A stretch of 30,664 nt of DNA from positions 1-30,664 of IMG/VR virus record IMGVR_UViG_2802429251_000007. One strand, written 5' to 3'. Numbering within the stretch: position 1 is the stretch's first letter; every line of letters starts with the position of its first letter. This DNA comes from a virus (Duplodnaviria; Heunggongvirae; Uroviricota; Caudoviricetes). The notes under the pieces were generated by a model. It was not told the origin of the DNA. It saw only the letters and a list, made by a program, of their open reading frames with translations, and did no database searches. Below are positions 1 to 7,542 of this stretch, one piece after another. A program made the position numbers and the translations under genes.

Positions 1-792
1 ATGCAAGAAACCAAAGAAAATATCAGAAAACAGCTTTACGGGTTTTATATTGCTTATGATTTGTGGCTGAGTAATGGGGCGAAACCAGGTGGGGTGTTTT
101 CTCGAAATTATGGTTTATGCGCCAATCTTTTCGATTATCTCACATCAATCGGTACCTCCAGCGAAGCGGCACTGGAACAATTACACGCTGATTTCAGAAG
201 TGCCGGGCTGTATGAGGTGTTGCCATTTAACGAGAGTAAAGGGCATTACTATGAAGAAAAAGGGAACAACATGTGCCATATGAATCCGGCGCGGGTGGCG
301 TGGGTCAGGACGCAGATTGCACTGGTATCACTGGAAGCAGAGCCGATAGCAGTAAGCGACGACATGGCTTACGCATTCCATCACGCACTGTCAGATTCAT
401 CTCCAGGTGCTGATGAGGTAGAGGAAATTAAGGCCGGGTTGCGTGCAGCCTTTGCCAATGTCACCACCCAACCAGCACCAGTAGTGCCGGAATTTGAAAC
501 ATGGTTTAACAGCCAGGAGTCAGGGAGGAGTATATGCAGCACACAGATTCGTCGTTCCCTTCAGGAAATTTCATGGAACGCCTGCTGCGCCGCCATGCTT
601 CAGGGGAAAGACGATGGTATCCTCACCAATGAGGATACCAAAGGGGATGTTCAGGTACGGGAATTAACAATGTGGGTTAAACGACTGGTCAGTCAACTGA
701 AAAAAGCTAATCCAGACTGCAAATTACCGGAGATGGCGATGGACTACCTGAAGCGGAACGAACTGATAAGCGCGGAGGATGTTTTGCGATGA
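1..792 (+). CDS. Hypothetical phage protein of the early/nin-proximal region, 263 aa. Possibly truncated at the 5' end by the window edge.
   Basis: Long ORF beginning at base 1 with typical coding composition. No family recognised. Stop overlaps the next small ORF (ATGA). Confidence 0.45.
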   Translation: MQETKENIRKQLYGFYIAYDLWLSNGAKPGGVFSRNYGLCANLFDYLTSIGTSSEAALEQLHADFRSAGLYEVLPFNESKGHYYEEKGNNMCHMNPARVAWVRTQIALVSLEAEPIAVSDDMAYAFHHALSDSSPGADEVEEIKAGLRAAFANVTTQPAPVVPEFETWFNSQESGRSICSTQIRRSLQEISWNACCAAMLQGKDDGILTNEDTKGDVQVRELTMWVKRLVSQLKKANPDCKLPEMAMDYLKRNELISAEDVLR

Positions 793-872
793 CTTGGCCT
801 GAAGCATTCACAACGGTAGGAATTACAATGGCGGTGGCGCTGGTGGTGTATGCGATTTGCCGCTGGGGGTAA
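789..872 (+). CDS. Small hydrophobic peptide, 27 aa (MTWPEAFTTVGITMAVALVVYAICRWG). Possibly coupled translationally to the upstream gene.
   Basis: ATG overlaps the stop of the 263-aa ORF (ATGA). One predicted transmembrane helix. Below the ORF-track size cutoff. Confidence 0.25.
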   Translation: MTWPEAFTTVGITMAVALVVYAICRWG

Positions 873-1033
873 GGTATTAAAAAACGCCCCGCACACAGAC
901 GTTGAGCGCCTGAGATGTGGGGATAGGGAGTTAGTTAAATAGTTATACAACAATACCTGATTTTATATTGAAGCAGGAAATAGGTTGCTGCATATTGAAT
1001 CATGCGCGTGTACGTCAAATATGGGAGGTCATC

Positions 1034-1123
1034 GTGCTGGTTCTGAAATGTGCGCTGGCTATTGCGGCTGTAATGGCAATTTATTGTCTTGCTGTTGTTC
1101 TTATGGATCGCCTTTCTGATTGA
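1034..1123 (+). CDS. Small hydrophobic peptide, 29 aa (MLVLKCALAIAAVMAIYCLAVVLMDRLSD).
   Basis: GTG start 5 nt after a GGGAGG Shine-Dalgarno. Single TM-like segment. Ends just before the hok promoter. Confidence 0.3.
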   Translation: MLVLKCALAIAAVMAIYCLAVVLMDRLSD

Positions 1124-1130
1124 TTTCATA

Positions 1131-1159
1131 TTGGCGAAGTGACGGGAGTTAAATAGAAT
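1131..1159 (+). promoter_or_regulatory. Candidate sigma70 promoter for the hok-like mRNA: -35 TTGGCG, 17-nt spacer, -10 TAGAAT.
   Basis: Hexamers read directly from the sequence. Predicted start about 1164 matches the start of the tac-like element GCGGGTGCTTGAGG. Confidence 0.35.
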
Positions 1160-1277
1160 TGCTGCGGGTGCTTGAGGCTATCTACCTCGGGCATGAACAC
1201 CAACGGCAGATAGAGAAAAGCCCCAGTTAACATTACGCGTCCTGCAAGACGCTTAACATTAATCTGAGGCCAATTTC

Positions 1278-1490
1278 ATGCTAGACACATGTAGGTTAGC
1301 CTCTTACGTGCCGAAAGGCAAGGAGAAGCAGGCTATGAAGCAGCAAAAGGCGATGTTAATCGCCCTGATCGTCATCTGTTTAACCGTCATAGTGACGGCA
1401 CTGGCAACGAGGAAAGACCTCTGCGAGGTACGAATCCGTACCGGCCAGACGGAGGTCGCTGTCTTCGTAGACTACGAATCTAGAGAGTAA
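1278..1490 (+). CDS. mok: Mok-like reading frame, 70 aa. It is an in-frame N-terminal extension of the hok-like toxin, as MokC is for HokC.
   Basis: MLDTCRLASYVPKGKEKQA then MKQQKAM... mirrors the MokC layout MLNTCRVPLTDRKVKEKRAMKQHKAM... Confidence 0.5.
   Translation: MLDTCRLASYVPKGKEKQAMKQQKAMLIALIVICLTVIVTALATRKDLCEVRIRTGQTEVAVFVDYESRE
1335..1490 (+). CDS. hok: Hok/Gef-family type I toxin, 51 aa.
   Basis: MKQQKAMLIALIVICLTVIVTALATRKDLCEVRIRTGQTEVAVFVDYESRE is close to Gef/HokC (MKQHKAMIVALIVICITAVVAALVTRKDLCEVHIRTGQTEVAVFTAYESE). Confidence 0.85.
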   Translation: MKQQKAMLIALIVICLTVIVTALATRKDLCEVRIRTGQTEVAVFVDYESRE

Positions 1491-1499
1491 TAGTGACCA

Positions 1500-1521
1500 G
1501 GCGGGAGATTACTCTCCCGCC
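1500..1521 (+). promoter_or_regulatory. Perfect 9-bp hairpin (GGCGGGAGA-TTAC-TCTCCCGCC) in the hok 3' UTR.
   Basis: Inverted repeat read directly. Lies 10 nt after the hok stop codon. Confidence 0.5.
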
Positions 1522-1561
1522 ACCTCTGATGTGTCAGGCATCCTCAACGCACCCGCACTTA

Positions 1562-1595
1562 ACCCGCTTCGGCGGGTTTTTGTTTTTATTTTCAA
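1562..1595 (+). terminator. Rho-independent terminator of the hok-like mRNA.
   Basis: CCCGC-TTCG-GCGGG stem-loop followed by TTTTTGTTTTTATTTT. Confidence 0.7.
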
Positions 1596-1708
1596 CGCAT
1601 TTGAAGTTTTGGACGGTGCCGGAATAGAATCAAAAATACTTAAGTAGCGCGCAGGGATAAGAGGGATGGTCCCCTGAAGGGGAGTGCGAATTATCCGGAA
1701 GGACTCTG

Positions 1709-1885
1709 ATGATGAACATCGAAGAACTGCGTAAAATTTTTAGTGAAAATGGCCTCTATGCTGTGCGCGTTGAGAATGGGAAAGTTGTCTACACAACGTT
1801 AATCCCTGATGATCATGTAATTTTATCTATCGAGGCATTCATTGAATACCTTGAAAGGCTCGGTTTCAAGGTGGTTCGCGAATGA
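1709..1885 (+). CDS. Hypothetical small phage protein, 58 aa (MMNIEELRKIFSENGLYAVRVENGK...).
   Basis: ATG 6 nt after a GGAAGGA Shine-Dalgarno. Below the ORF-track cutoff. No family recognised. Confidence 0.4.
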   Translation: MMNIEELRKIFSENGLYAVRVENGKVVYTTLIPDDHVILSIEAFIEYLERLGFKVVRE

Positions 1886-1944
1886 GTTATAATTCGTAAG
1901 CCAGCCTGAACAACTGGCAACCTACAGCGCCATTGGAGACAGCA

Positions 1945-2544
1945 ATGGCGCATATACAACTGGTCAAACAAACCTCTTCCGGATTACTTCTCCCGGCGAC
2001 GCCGGAGAGTTGTGATTTTTTGCATCAAATAAAAATAGGCGAGTGGATACACGCAGACTTTAAGCGTGTGCGTAACTACGCATTTCACAAGCGTTTTTTC
2101 AAACTCCTGCAACTGGGATTCGATTACTGGACTCCGAGCGGTGGGGTGATCACGCCTCGAGAACGAGAACTGGTATCGGGCTTCGTTGATTACCTGTGCG
2201 AATCAGTAGGTCGGGAACACACTCCAGCCCTGAGTGATGCCGCAGAGCAATACCTTAATACCGTTGCGACATGCAGAACCCGGGATACGGCATTGCTAAA
2301 GTCGTTTGACGCTTTCCGCGAGTGGGTAACCATTCAGGCAGGATTTTACACCGAGCATATTTATCCTGATGGTAGTCGTGGGCGCAGGGCAAAATCTATC
2401 GCATTTGCGAACATGGACGAAACCGAGTTTCAGCAGGTTTATAAATCTGTACTGAATGTGCTGTGGAACTGGATCCTGTTCCGTAAATTTTCCTCTCCGG
2501 AGGAAGTCGAAAATGTGGCCGCACAGTTACTGGAGTTTGCGTAA
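1945..2544 (+). CDS. DUF1367-family lambdoid nin-region protein (YbcN-like).
   Basis: Sequence resembles DUF1367 proteins of lambdoid prophages. The track start at 1933 is TTG; an ATG at 1945 follows a GGAG Shine-Dalgarno. Confidence 0.65.
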   Translation: MAHIQLVKQTSSGLLLPATPESCDFLHQIKIGEWIHADFKRVRNYAFHKRFFKLLQLGFDYWTPSGGVITPRERELVSGFVDYLCESVGREHTPALSDAAEQYLNTVATCRTRDTALLKSFDAFREWVTIQAGFYTEHIYPDGSRGRRAKSIAFANMDETEFQQVYKSVLNVLWNWILFRKFSSPEEVENVAAQLLEFA

Positions 2545-2834
2545 TGGTGGATTTACGTAAAGCGGCGCGGGGGCAGATGTGCACCGTCAGAATTCCTGGC
2601 TACTGCAATCACAATCCCGAAACATCTGTGCTGGCGCATTACAGGCTGGCGGGGACGTGCGGAACAGCGACAAAACCACACGATATGCAGGCAGCGATTG
2701 CCTGCAGCTCATGCCACGATTTAATCGACGGGCGGGTAAAAACCAGCGATTACACCAAAGAAGAATTACGCCTGATGCATGCAGAAGGTGTTTTTCGTAC
2801 GCAAGAAATCTGGAGAAAGGAAGGTTATTTATGA
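2544..2834 (+). CDS. DUF1364-family protein (YbcO-like putative nuclease) with a Cys/His-rich motif.
   Basis: MVDLRKAARGQMCTVRIPGYCNHNPETSVLAH...ACSSCHD resembles DLP12 YbcO. Start overlaps the upstream stop (TAATG). Confidence 0.7.
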   Translation: MVDLRKAARGQMCTVRIPGYCNHNPETSVLAHYRLAGTCGTATKPHDMQAAIACSSCHDLIDGRVKTSDYTKEELRLMHAEGVFRTQEIWRKEGYL

Positions 2835-3385
2835 TTTACCCAACAAATACAGGCAAAAGCGGGGAACACCTTCGTCTCACCACGCTGGAAAGTGTCTGGA
2901 TTCAGGGAAAACTGCGCATGTGGGGGCGCTGGTCGTATATTGGCGGCGGTAAGACGGGAAATATGTTCAACCAGTTGCTGACCTCTAAAAAGCTGACAAA
3001 AACGGCAATTAACGAGGCGCTCCGGAGGATGAAAAAAGCAGGTCTGGACAAACCTGAACTTGAGGCTTTTTTGCGGGATATGATCAACGGCAAGCAAAAA
3101 AGCTGGCTGGTGCATTGTACTGATGCAGAGGCGTTATGCATTGATCGGGTGATTAGTGAAGTGCTGGTAGAACACCCAGGATTGATTTGTATCCTCCGGC
3201 AACGATATGAAGGGAGGGGGATGACTAAGCGAAAAATGGCTGAATTGCTGAATGACGCACACCCTGAGTGGTGTTTCCGGACGTGCTGCAGTCGGGTAGA
3301 TGTATGGCTAAATCTTGCTGAATATATGCTCTATCTACCGATGCGTGATGCATTCTCTTCCGGGGATCTAAAAACCGTTTGTTGA
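2831..3385 (+). CDS. Q: Late-gene antitermination protein Q, 184 aa.
   Basis: MIYPTNTGKSGEHLRLTTLESVWIQGKLRMWGRW... looks like lambdoid Q proteins. A GGAAGGAAGG Shine-Dalgarno precedes ATG 2831, which overlaps the upstream stop (ATGA). A PR'-like promoter and terminator follow directly. Confidence 0.7.
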   Translation: MIYPTNTGKSGEHLRLTTLESVWIQGKLRMWGRWSYIGGGKTGNMFNQLLTSKKLTKTAINEALRRMKKAGLDKPELEAFLRDMINGKQKSWLVHCTDAEALCIDRVISEVLVEHPGLICILRQRYEGRGMTKRKMAELLNDAHPEWCFRTCCSRVDVWLNLAEYMLYLPMRDAFSSGDLKTVC

Positions 3386-3411
3386 CTCAATCTGTTATCC
3401 GGGGCTATATT
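3382..3411 (+). promoter_or_regulatory. PR'-like late promoter: -35 TTGACT overlapping the Q stop, 18-nt spacer, -10 TATATT. Probable Q utilisation region.
   Basis: Hexamers read directly. Position after Q matches lambdoid PR'/qut. Confidence 0.45.
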
Positions 3412-3473
3412 CCTCACGCGCCAGCAAAATCTGGCGTCGGGATTGGCGTCCCGGATGTTTACGGAGCGATATG

Positions 3474-3495
3474 AGACGCGCCCGCGTCTTTTTTC
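3474..3495 (+). terminator. tR'-like rho-independent terminator. It would yield a short (about 75-nt) 6S-like late RNA unless Q acts.
   Basis: AGACGC-GCCC-GCGTCT stem-loop followed by TTTTTT. Confidence 0.6.
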
Positions 3496-3666
3496 ATATC
3501 GTTTGCACAGTCACATTCGCGATTTATGGCGGGCTGTGTGGGGGAGCCGAAAGGCTCGCCGGTTTCCGTACCCGGTTACGCCAACCCTGCACAGTTCGCC
3601 ACCAGTTCGATTGGCGTCGTCGGTGGCGATAATTTCCAAATGTACGGAGTTATCGTTATGACCACT

Positions 3667-3674
3667 CAAATCTC
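3667..3674. repeat. Left 8-bp target-site duplication (CAAATCTC) flanking IS1.
   Basis: Identical 8-mer directly abuts both IS1 ends. Confidence 0.8.
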
Positions 3675-3729
3675 GGTGATGCTGCCAACTTACTGATTTA
3701 GTGTATGATGGTGTTTTTGAGGTGCTCCA

Positions 3730-4005
3730 GTGGCTTCTGTTTCTATCAGCTGTCCCTCCTGTTCAGCTACTGACGGGGTGGTGCGTAACGGCAAAAGCAC
3801 CGCCGGACATCAGCGCTATCTCTGCTCTCACTGCCGTAAAACATGGCAACTGCAGTTCACTTACACCGCTTCTCAACCCGGTACGCACCAGAAAATCATT
3901 GATATGGCCATGAATGGCGTTGGATGCCGGGCAACTGCCCGCATTATGGGCGTTGGCCTCAACACGATTTTACGTCACTTAAAAAACTCAGGCCGCAGTC
4001 GGTAA
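3730..4005 (+). CDS. insA: IS1 InsA, 91 aa.
   Basis: [43 protein letters not shown]... is the canonical InsA sequence. Confidence 0.95.
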
Positions 4006-4427
4006 CCTCGCGCATACAGCCGGGCAGTGACGTCATCGTCTGCGCGGAAATGGACGAACAGTGGGGCTATGTCGGGGCTAAATCGCGCCAGCGCTGGCTG
4101 TTTTACGCGTATGACAGTCTCCGGAAGACGGTTGTTGCGCACGTATTCGGTGAACGCACTATGGCGACGCTGGGGCGTCTTATGAGCCTGCTGTCACCCT
4201 TTGACGTGGTGATATGGATGACGGATGGCTGGCCGCTGTATGAATCCCGCCTGAAGGGAAAGCTGCACGTAATCAGCAAACGATATACGCAGCGAATTGA
4301 GCGGCATAACCTGAATCTGAGGCAGCACCTGGCACGGCTGGGACGGAAGTCGCTGTCGTTCTCAAAATCGGTGGAGCTGCATGACAAAGTCATCGGGCAT
4401 TATCTGAACATAAAACACTATCAATAA
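3924..4427 (+). CDS. insB: IS1 InsB frame, expressed as an InsAB' fusion by -1 frameshifting at A-AAA-AAC (3981-3987).
   Basis: ...[45 protein letters not shown]... is the canonical InsB sequence. AAAAAAC present at 3981-3987. Confidence 0.9.
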
Positions 4428-4442
4428 GTTGGAGTCATTACC

Positions 4443-4450
4443 CAAATCTC
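4443..4450. repeat. Right 8-bp target-site duplication (CAAATCTC) flanking IS1.
   Basis: Identical 8-mer directly abuts both IS1 ends. Confidence 0.8.
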
Positions 4451-5086
4451 TGTTGAAACTCTCTCCCCGATCACCCATAACCAGATTCCTGTTATTACCA
4501 CCGAACTTTTGGCGCAGCTTTACGGCACTGAGTCGGTGCGTATTCGCCAGAATCATCATGAGAACAAAGTACGCTTCGTTGAAGGGAAACACTTTTTCAA
4601 AGTTGTTGGTAATGACCTTAAAGAATTGCGGGTCGCTTTAAACTACTCACAAAATCCAGTTTCACCCAAAGCCCGCTCCCTCATCCTCTGGACAGAACGA
4701 GGCGCAGCACGCCACGCCAAAATGCTCGAAACCGATCAGGCGTGGGATGTGTTCGAAAAACTGGAAGACTGCTATTTCAGTCAAAAGGATCCGTCAACGC
4801 CAGTTTCATGCCAGAAAAGTTACGACACGCGAGTTCTCTGTTATCAGAGAGGCGGTGTCACTGTTTCCACAATTCAGTTACGGGATGATGATATTGTTAT
4901 TTCCCTTGAGTCATGGCTGGAACTGGCGAGAGCCAATGGTTGGTTTGTTGTTCGCAGAGATAAACTGGTGGAAAGGTTGATGCAGCTTTAAAAAAGTTCT
5001 TGCATTTTTGCACATAAACTGCTTCAATTCCGGTACGCTTCGCAAAGCTGTATCGCGAGGCGAACCAAGCGCATGAACTTTACCAG

Positions 5087-5120
5087 AACCCGCCATTGTG
5101 CGGGTTTTGTTGTTTTTGTG
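5087..5120 (+). terminator. Rho-independent terminator after the ORF6N pseudogene.
   Basis: CCCGC-CATTGT-GCGGG followed by TTTTGTTGTTTTTG. Confidence 0.6.
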
Positions 5121-5239
5121 GTGTGGCATAAGAAACGACATTTAATAATCGCCTTCAAAATAAATTTGTTTATATATTGTCATTTATATTTTAAGTGGAA
5201 GTGAATTATTCACATAAAATAAAAACATATAAATAAATT

Positions 5240-5300
5240 TACATAACTTGACGCAAAGTATTGTTGCGATTGGAATATTAAATCGTATCATCGAAAGCGG
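5240..5300 (+). promoter_or_regulatory. AT-rich stable-RNA-type promoter region for the tRNA pair. Candidate -35 TTGCGA, -10 TATCAT, with an upstream A/T tract.
   Basis: Very AT-rich 230-bp block just before the tRNAs with promoter-like hexamers. Assignment is tentative. Confidence 0.3.
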
Positions 5301-5354
5301 TTCTGAGGGGGAACTCTTCTTTGATCGGTGATATCGCTCCCCCGAAGAACCATT

Positions 5355-5430
<76 letters not shown>

Positions 5431-5433
5431 TAT

Positions 5434-5508
<75 letters not shown>

Positions 5509-5778
5509 GAGGAACAAGCCTTATTGTATTGCAGCACTGGCGTATTTTTTATTACGTGGGAGCAGGTTGTTTTGAAAAAGCGTTCTGTTCTCTGGCTATG
5601 ATTTGAGGCCGGGTGTAGCCTCAGTGCTTATTTTTTACGGCAGCAGAATGGTGCATTATCGGTGGAGATTTTGTATTTCCTGGCAGGGTCGGTAATGCAT
5701 CATTCCGATGTTGTAAGCATCGCTCAGAATAACGTTGAGATTAATCGCGTACTAAGCAAAACCTGGAAATACATCCTT

Positions 5779-5806
5779 AACCGCCGCACCAGGCGGTTTT
5801 TTTATT
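5779..5806 (+). terminator. Rho-independent terminator between the tRNAs and the lysis genes.
   Basis: GCCGC-ACCA-GGCGG followed by TTTTTTTATT. Confidence 0.6.
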
Positions 5807-5926
5807 CATTTTTTTCATGGCTCGCTACGGCGGGCCTTTTTCATATCCTCGCCACACCCGGCGCATATCACATCAAATAACGCCGCGCAAAAGGCATCTG
5901 CGGGTGCCTTTGACGGGGTGTTTTTA

Positions 5927-5950
5927 CGGGCCGCTGGTGGCCCTTTTTTA
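5927..5950 (+). terminator. Rho-independent terminator immediately before the holin ribosome-binding site.
   Basis: GGGCC-GCTGGT-GGCCC followed by TTTTTTATTT. Confidence 0.6.
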
Positions 5951-5968
5951 TTTACAGGAGAAAAACGT

Positions 5969-6361
5969 ATGTCTGAACCCTTATCTGGTTCCGGCACGGC
6001 TGCGGCGCTCGGCGGGGCGACGGTATTCGGGCTGTTTACCGGAACGGATTTCGGGATTGTGTTTGGTGCGTTCGCCGGGGCGTTATTTGTGGCAACGATG
6101 CCGCAGGCGCTTTCAGTCTGGCGTGTGGTGGCGCATTTTTTGGTGTCGTTTATCGTCGGCGTGCTGGGGGCGCGCGTGCTGTCAGCCTGGATTGCATCAA
6201 AAACAGGGTATGACGGTACATCGGCAGATGCGCTGTGTGCGGTGCTGGTATCGGTGGTGTCGGTGAAGATTCTGTCGTTCATCCACCAGCAGGATATTGC
6301 ATCGCTGGTGTCCGGTGTGTTCTCCCGCCTGCGGGGCGGAGGTGGCGGCAATGTTAAGTAA
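5969..6361 (+). CDS. Putative holin, 130 aa, multi-transmembrane, Gly/Ala-rich.
   Basis: MSEPLSGSGTAAALGGATVFGLFTGTDFGIVFGAFAGALFVATM... ATG 5969 follows an AGGAG Shine-Dalgarno. First gene of the lysis block before an endolysin. Confidence 0.6.
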   Translation: MSEPLSGSGTAAALGGATVFGLFTGTDFGIVFGAFAGALFVATMPQALSVWRVVAHFLVSFIVGVLGARVLSAWIASKTGYDGTSADALCAVLVSVVSVKILSFIHQQDIASLVSGVFSRLRGGGGGNVK

Positions 6362-6626
6362 CCTTCCCGGATTGCTGAATGTGGCGTTATGCACGGTTAT
6401 CGTGCTGACGCTCTTTTTTTATCGTCGTCGCGATTCCAGACATAAGCCGCTGATGTCATGGCTGGCCTGGCTGCTGATGCTGCTGTATGCCTTTGCACCA
6501 CTCAGCTATCTGTGCGGTCGCCCGTTAGCGGCGAACTGGCTGGCGGTGGGGCTTAATCTGCTGTTCTGCGTGCTGGTGATACGTGCACGCGGGAACGTTT
6601 CAAAAATCCTTTCATTCCGGAGGTGA
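6351..6626 (+). CDS. Second small membrane protein of the lysis cassette, 91 aa, 3 predicted TM segments. Holin or antiholin partner.
   Basis: MLSNLPGLLNVALCTVIVLTLFFYRRR... GGAGG Shine-Dalgarno before ATG 6351. Overlaps the holin 3' end. Confidence 0.5.
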   Translation: MLSNLPGLLNVALCTVIVLTLFFYRRRDSRHKPLMSWLAWLLMLLYAFAPLSYLCGRPLAANWLAVGLNLLFCVLVIRARGNVSKILSFRR

Positions 6627-6628
6627 GC

Positions 6629-7006
6629 ATGTCGGGTAAATTCAGATTCAGTCGTCGCAGTGAAAAAAATCTGGAGGGCGTTAAACCACAGCTGGTTGCT
6701 GTCGTTCGCCGTGCGCTGGAGCTGACGGAGGTTGATTTCGGTATTACGGAAGGGCTGCGCACGAAAGAACGCCAGAAACAGCTGGTCGCGGAAGGGAAAA
6801 GCCAGACCATGAACAGCCGCCACCTGACCGGTGATGCGGTGGATGTTGTTGCCTACATTGGCAGCCAGGTGTCATGGGACTGGCCTCTGTACGAGAAAAT
6901 CGCGCAGGCATTTAAGCAGGCTGCCGCAGAGCTGGGAACTGCCATCGAATGGGGCGGGGACTGGAAAACACTGAAAGACGGACCTCACTTTCAGTTGAAA
7001 CGCTGA
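6629..7006 (+). CDS. Endolysin, peptidase M15 family (zinc D-Ala-D-Ala carboxypeptidase or L-Ala-D-Glu endopeptidase-like).
   Basis: The H..D and trailing H motifs (SRHLTGDAVDVV ... DGPHFQL) are typical of M15 endolysins. GGAGG Shine-Dalgarno 5 nt before ATG 6629; a GTG at 6623 is the alternative start. Confidence 0.7.
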   Translation: MSGKFRFSRRSEKNLEGVKPQLVAVVRRALELTEVDFGITEGLRTKERQKQLVAEGKSQTMNSRHLTGDAVDVVAYIGSQVSWDWPLYEKIAQAFKQAAAELGTAIEWGGDWKTLKDGPHFQLKR

Positions 7007-7020
7007 TAACCAGGTGTGTT

Positions 7021-7203
7021 ATGAGCCGAAAACACTGGACACACAGAATGCCGCGAACGGCGGCGAAATGGGCACTGGTAGCGATACTGGTGCCTTTTTT
7101 ATTGGTGGGGTGCGTCAGCCTGGATAAGGCGCGCCAACTTTTAGATACAGCTTCTCAGGTCTGCAAAATTGTCGACAGTGTTCGGCAGTGTATGCAGAAC
7201 TGA
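7021..7203 (+). CDS. Lysis-associated lipoprotein, 60 aa, in the Rz1/o-spanin position.
   Basis: MSRKHWTHRMPRTAAKWALVAILVPFLLVGC... has signal peptidase II lipobox LVGC. Directly follows the endolysin. Confidence 0.5.
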   Translation: MSRKHWTHRMPRTAAKWALVAILVPFLLVGCVSLDKARQLLDTASQVCKIVDSVRQCMQN

Positions 7204-7294
7204 TCGCCCGTAAGAGCAGAATATTTCGCTGAAAAATGAAAGGGCGCCATTGTCTAGGAGGCATGAAATTCTGTTATCTAATCTGGTTGATATA

Positions 7295-7319
7295 TGAATG
7301 TGGGGGATGCTCTTCTCCC
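7295..7319 (-). terminator. Hairpin GTGGGGGA-N8-TCCCCCAC downstream of the minus-strand KTSC gene. Putative terminator.
   Basis: Perfect 8-bp inverted repeat at the 3' end of the minus-strand unit. Confidence 0.4.
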
Positions 7320-7329
7320 CCACTGAAGG

Positions 7330-7542
7330 TTAGCCTACCTTACGGTATGGATACACATTTTTAATGAATTGGTGAAAATACTGGCCTTTTGAACTGGCAT
7401 TCATAAGACCCTGATAGATCCTGGATGGAACACCAGAGTATTGATAGATACCTCCATTGTGAAAGGCTATTTCCAGTGTGAGAGTTGCTGAATCATACCC
7501 AACTGACTGGAGATTTGATGATGAAACATAATTACGAATCAA
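7330..7542 (-). CDS. KTSC-domain protein, 70 aa, encoded antisense to the late operon in the position lambda uses for bor.
   Basis: VGYDSATLTLEIAFHNGGIYQYSGVPSRIYQGLMNASSKGQYFHQFIKNVY matches the KTSC domain consensus. TTG start with GAGGA Shine-Dalgarno 8 nt upstream. Confidence 0.6.
   Translation of the reverse strand: MIRNYVSSSNLQSVGYDSATLTLEIAFHNGGIYQYSGVPSRIYQGLMNASSKGQYFHQFIKNVYPYRKVG

Larger units (their letters stand above)
3675..4442 (+). mobile_element. IS1: Complete IS1, 768 bp, with 23-bp terminal inverted repeats GGTGATGCTGCCAACTTACTGAT ... ATCAGTAAGTTGGAGTCATTACC.
   Basis: Canonical IS1 ends and length. InsA and InsB frames with the A6C frameshift motif. Confidence 0.95.
3658..4991 (+). 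pseudogene. ORF6N/ORF6C-domain antirepressor-like gene interrupted after codon 6 by IS1.
   Basis: ATG 3658 (MTTQIS) follows a GGAG Shine-Dalgarno. After removing IS1 and one copy of the duplication, the frame continues VETLSPITHNQIPVITTELLAQLYGTESVRIRQNHHENKVRFVEGKHFFKV... to the stop at 4991. Confidence 0.7.

Noticed and set aside
2579-2830. Longer 268-aa version of the Q ORF starting at 2579
   Set aside because: It overlaps the whole DUF1364 gene in another frame. The ATG at 2831 has a GGAAGGAAGG Shine-Dalgarno and makes an ATGA junction with the upstream gene.
3443-3661. 72-aa plus-strand ORF between Q and IS1
   Set aside because: It spans the tR' terminator and the leader of the ORF6N gene and has no Shine-Dalgarno. 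The region is better explained as the PR' transcribed leader.
5662-5880. 72-aa ORF between the tRNAs and the holin
   Set aside because: It reads straight through an intrinsic terminator (5779-5806), has no Shine-Dalgarno, and is a hydrophobic frame artefact.
5815-6351. 178-aa minus-strand ORF, Pro/Ala/Thr-rich, antisense to the holin gene
   Set aside because: Low-complexity translation of the complement of a Gly/Ala-rich gene. No start context.
7263-7364. 33-aa ORF (MKFCYLIWLIYECGGCSSPPLKV…) right after an AGGAGG motif
   Set aside because: Only 1 nt separates the Shine-Dalgarno core from the ATG, which is too short for initiation. The ORF also runs through the KTSC terminator hairpin and into the KTSC gene 3' end.
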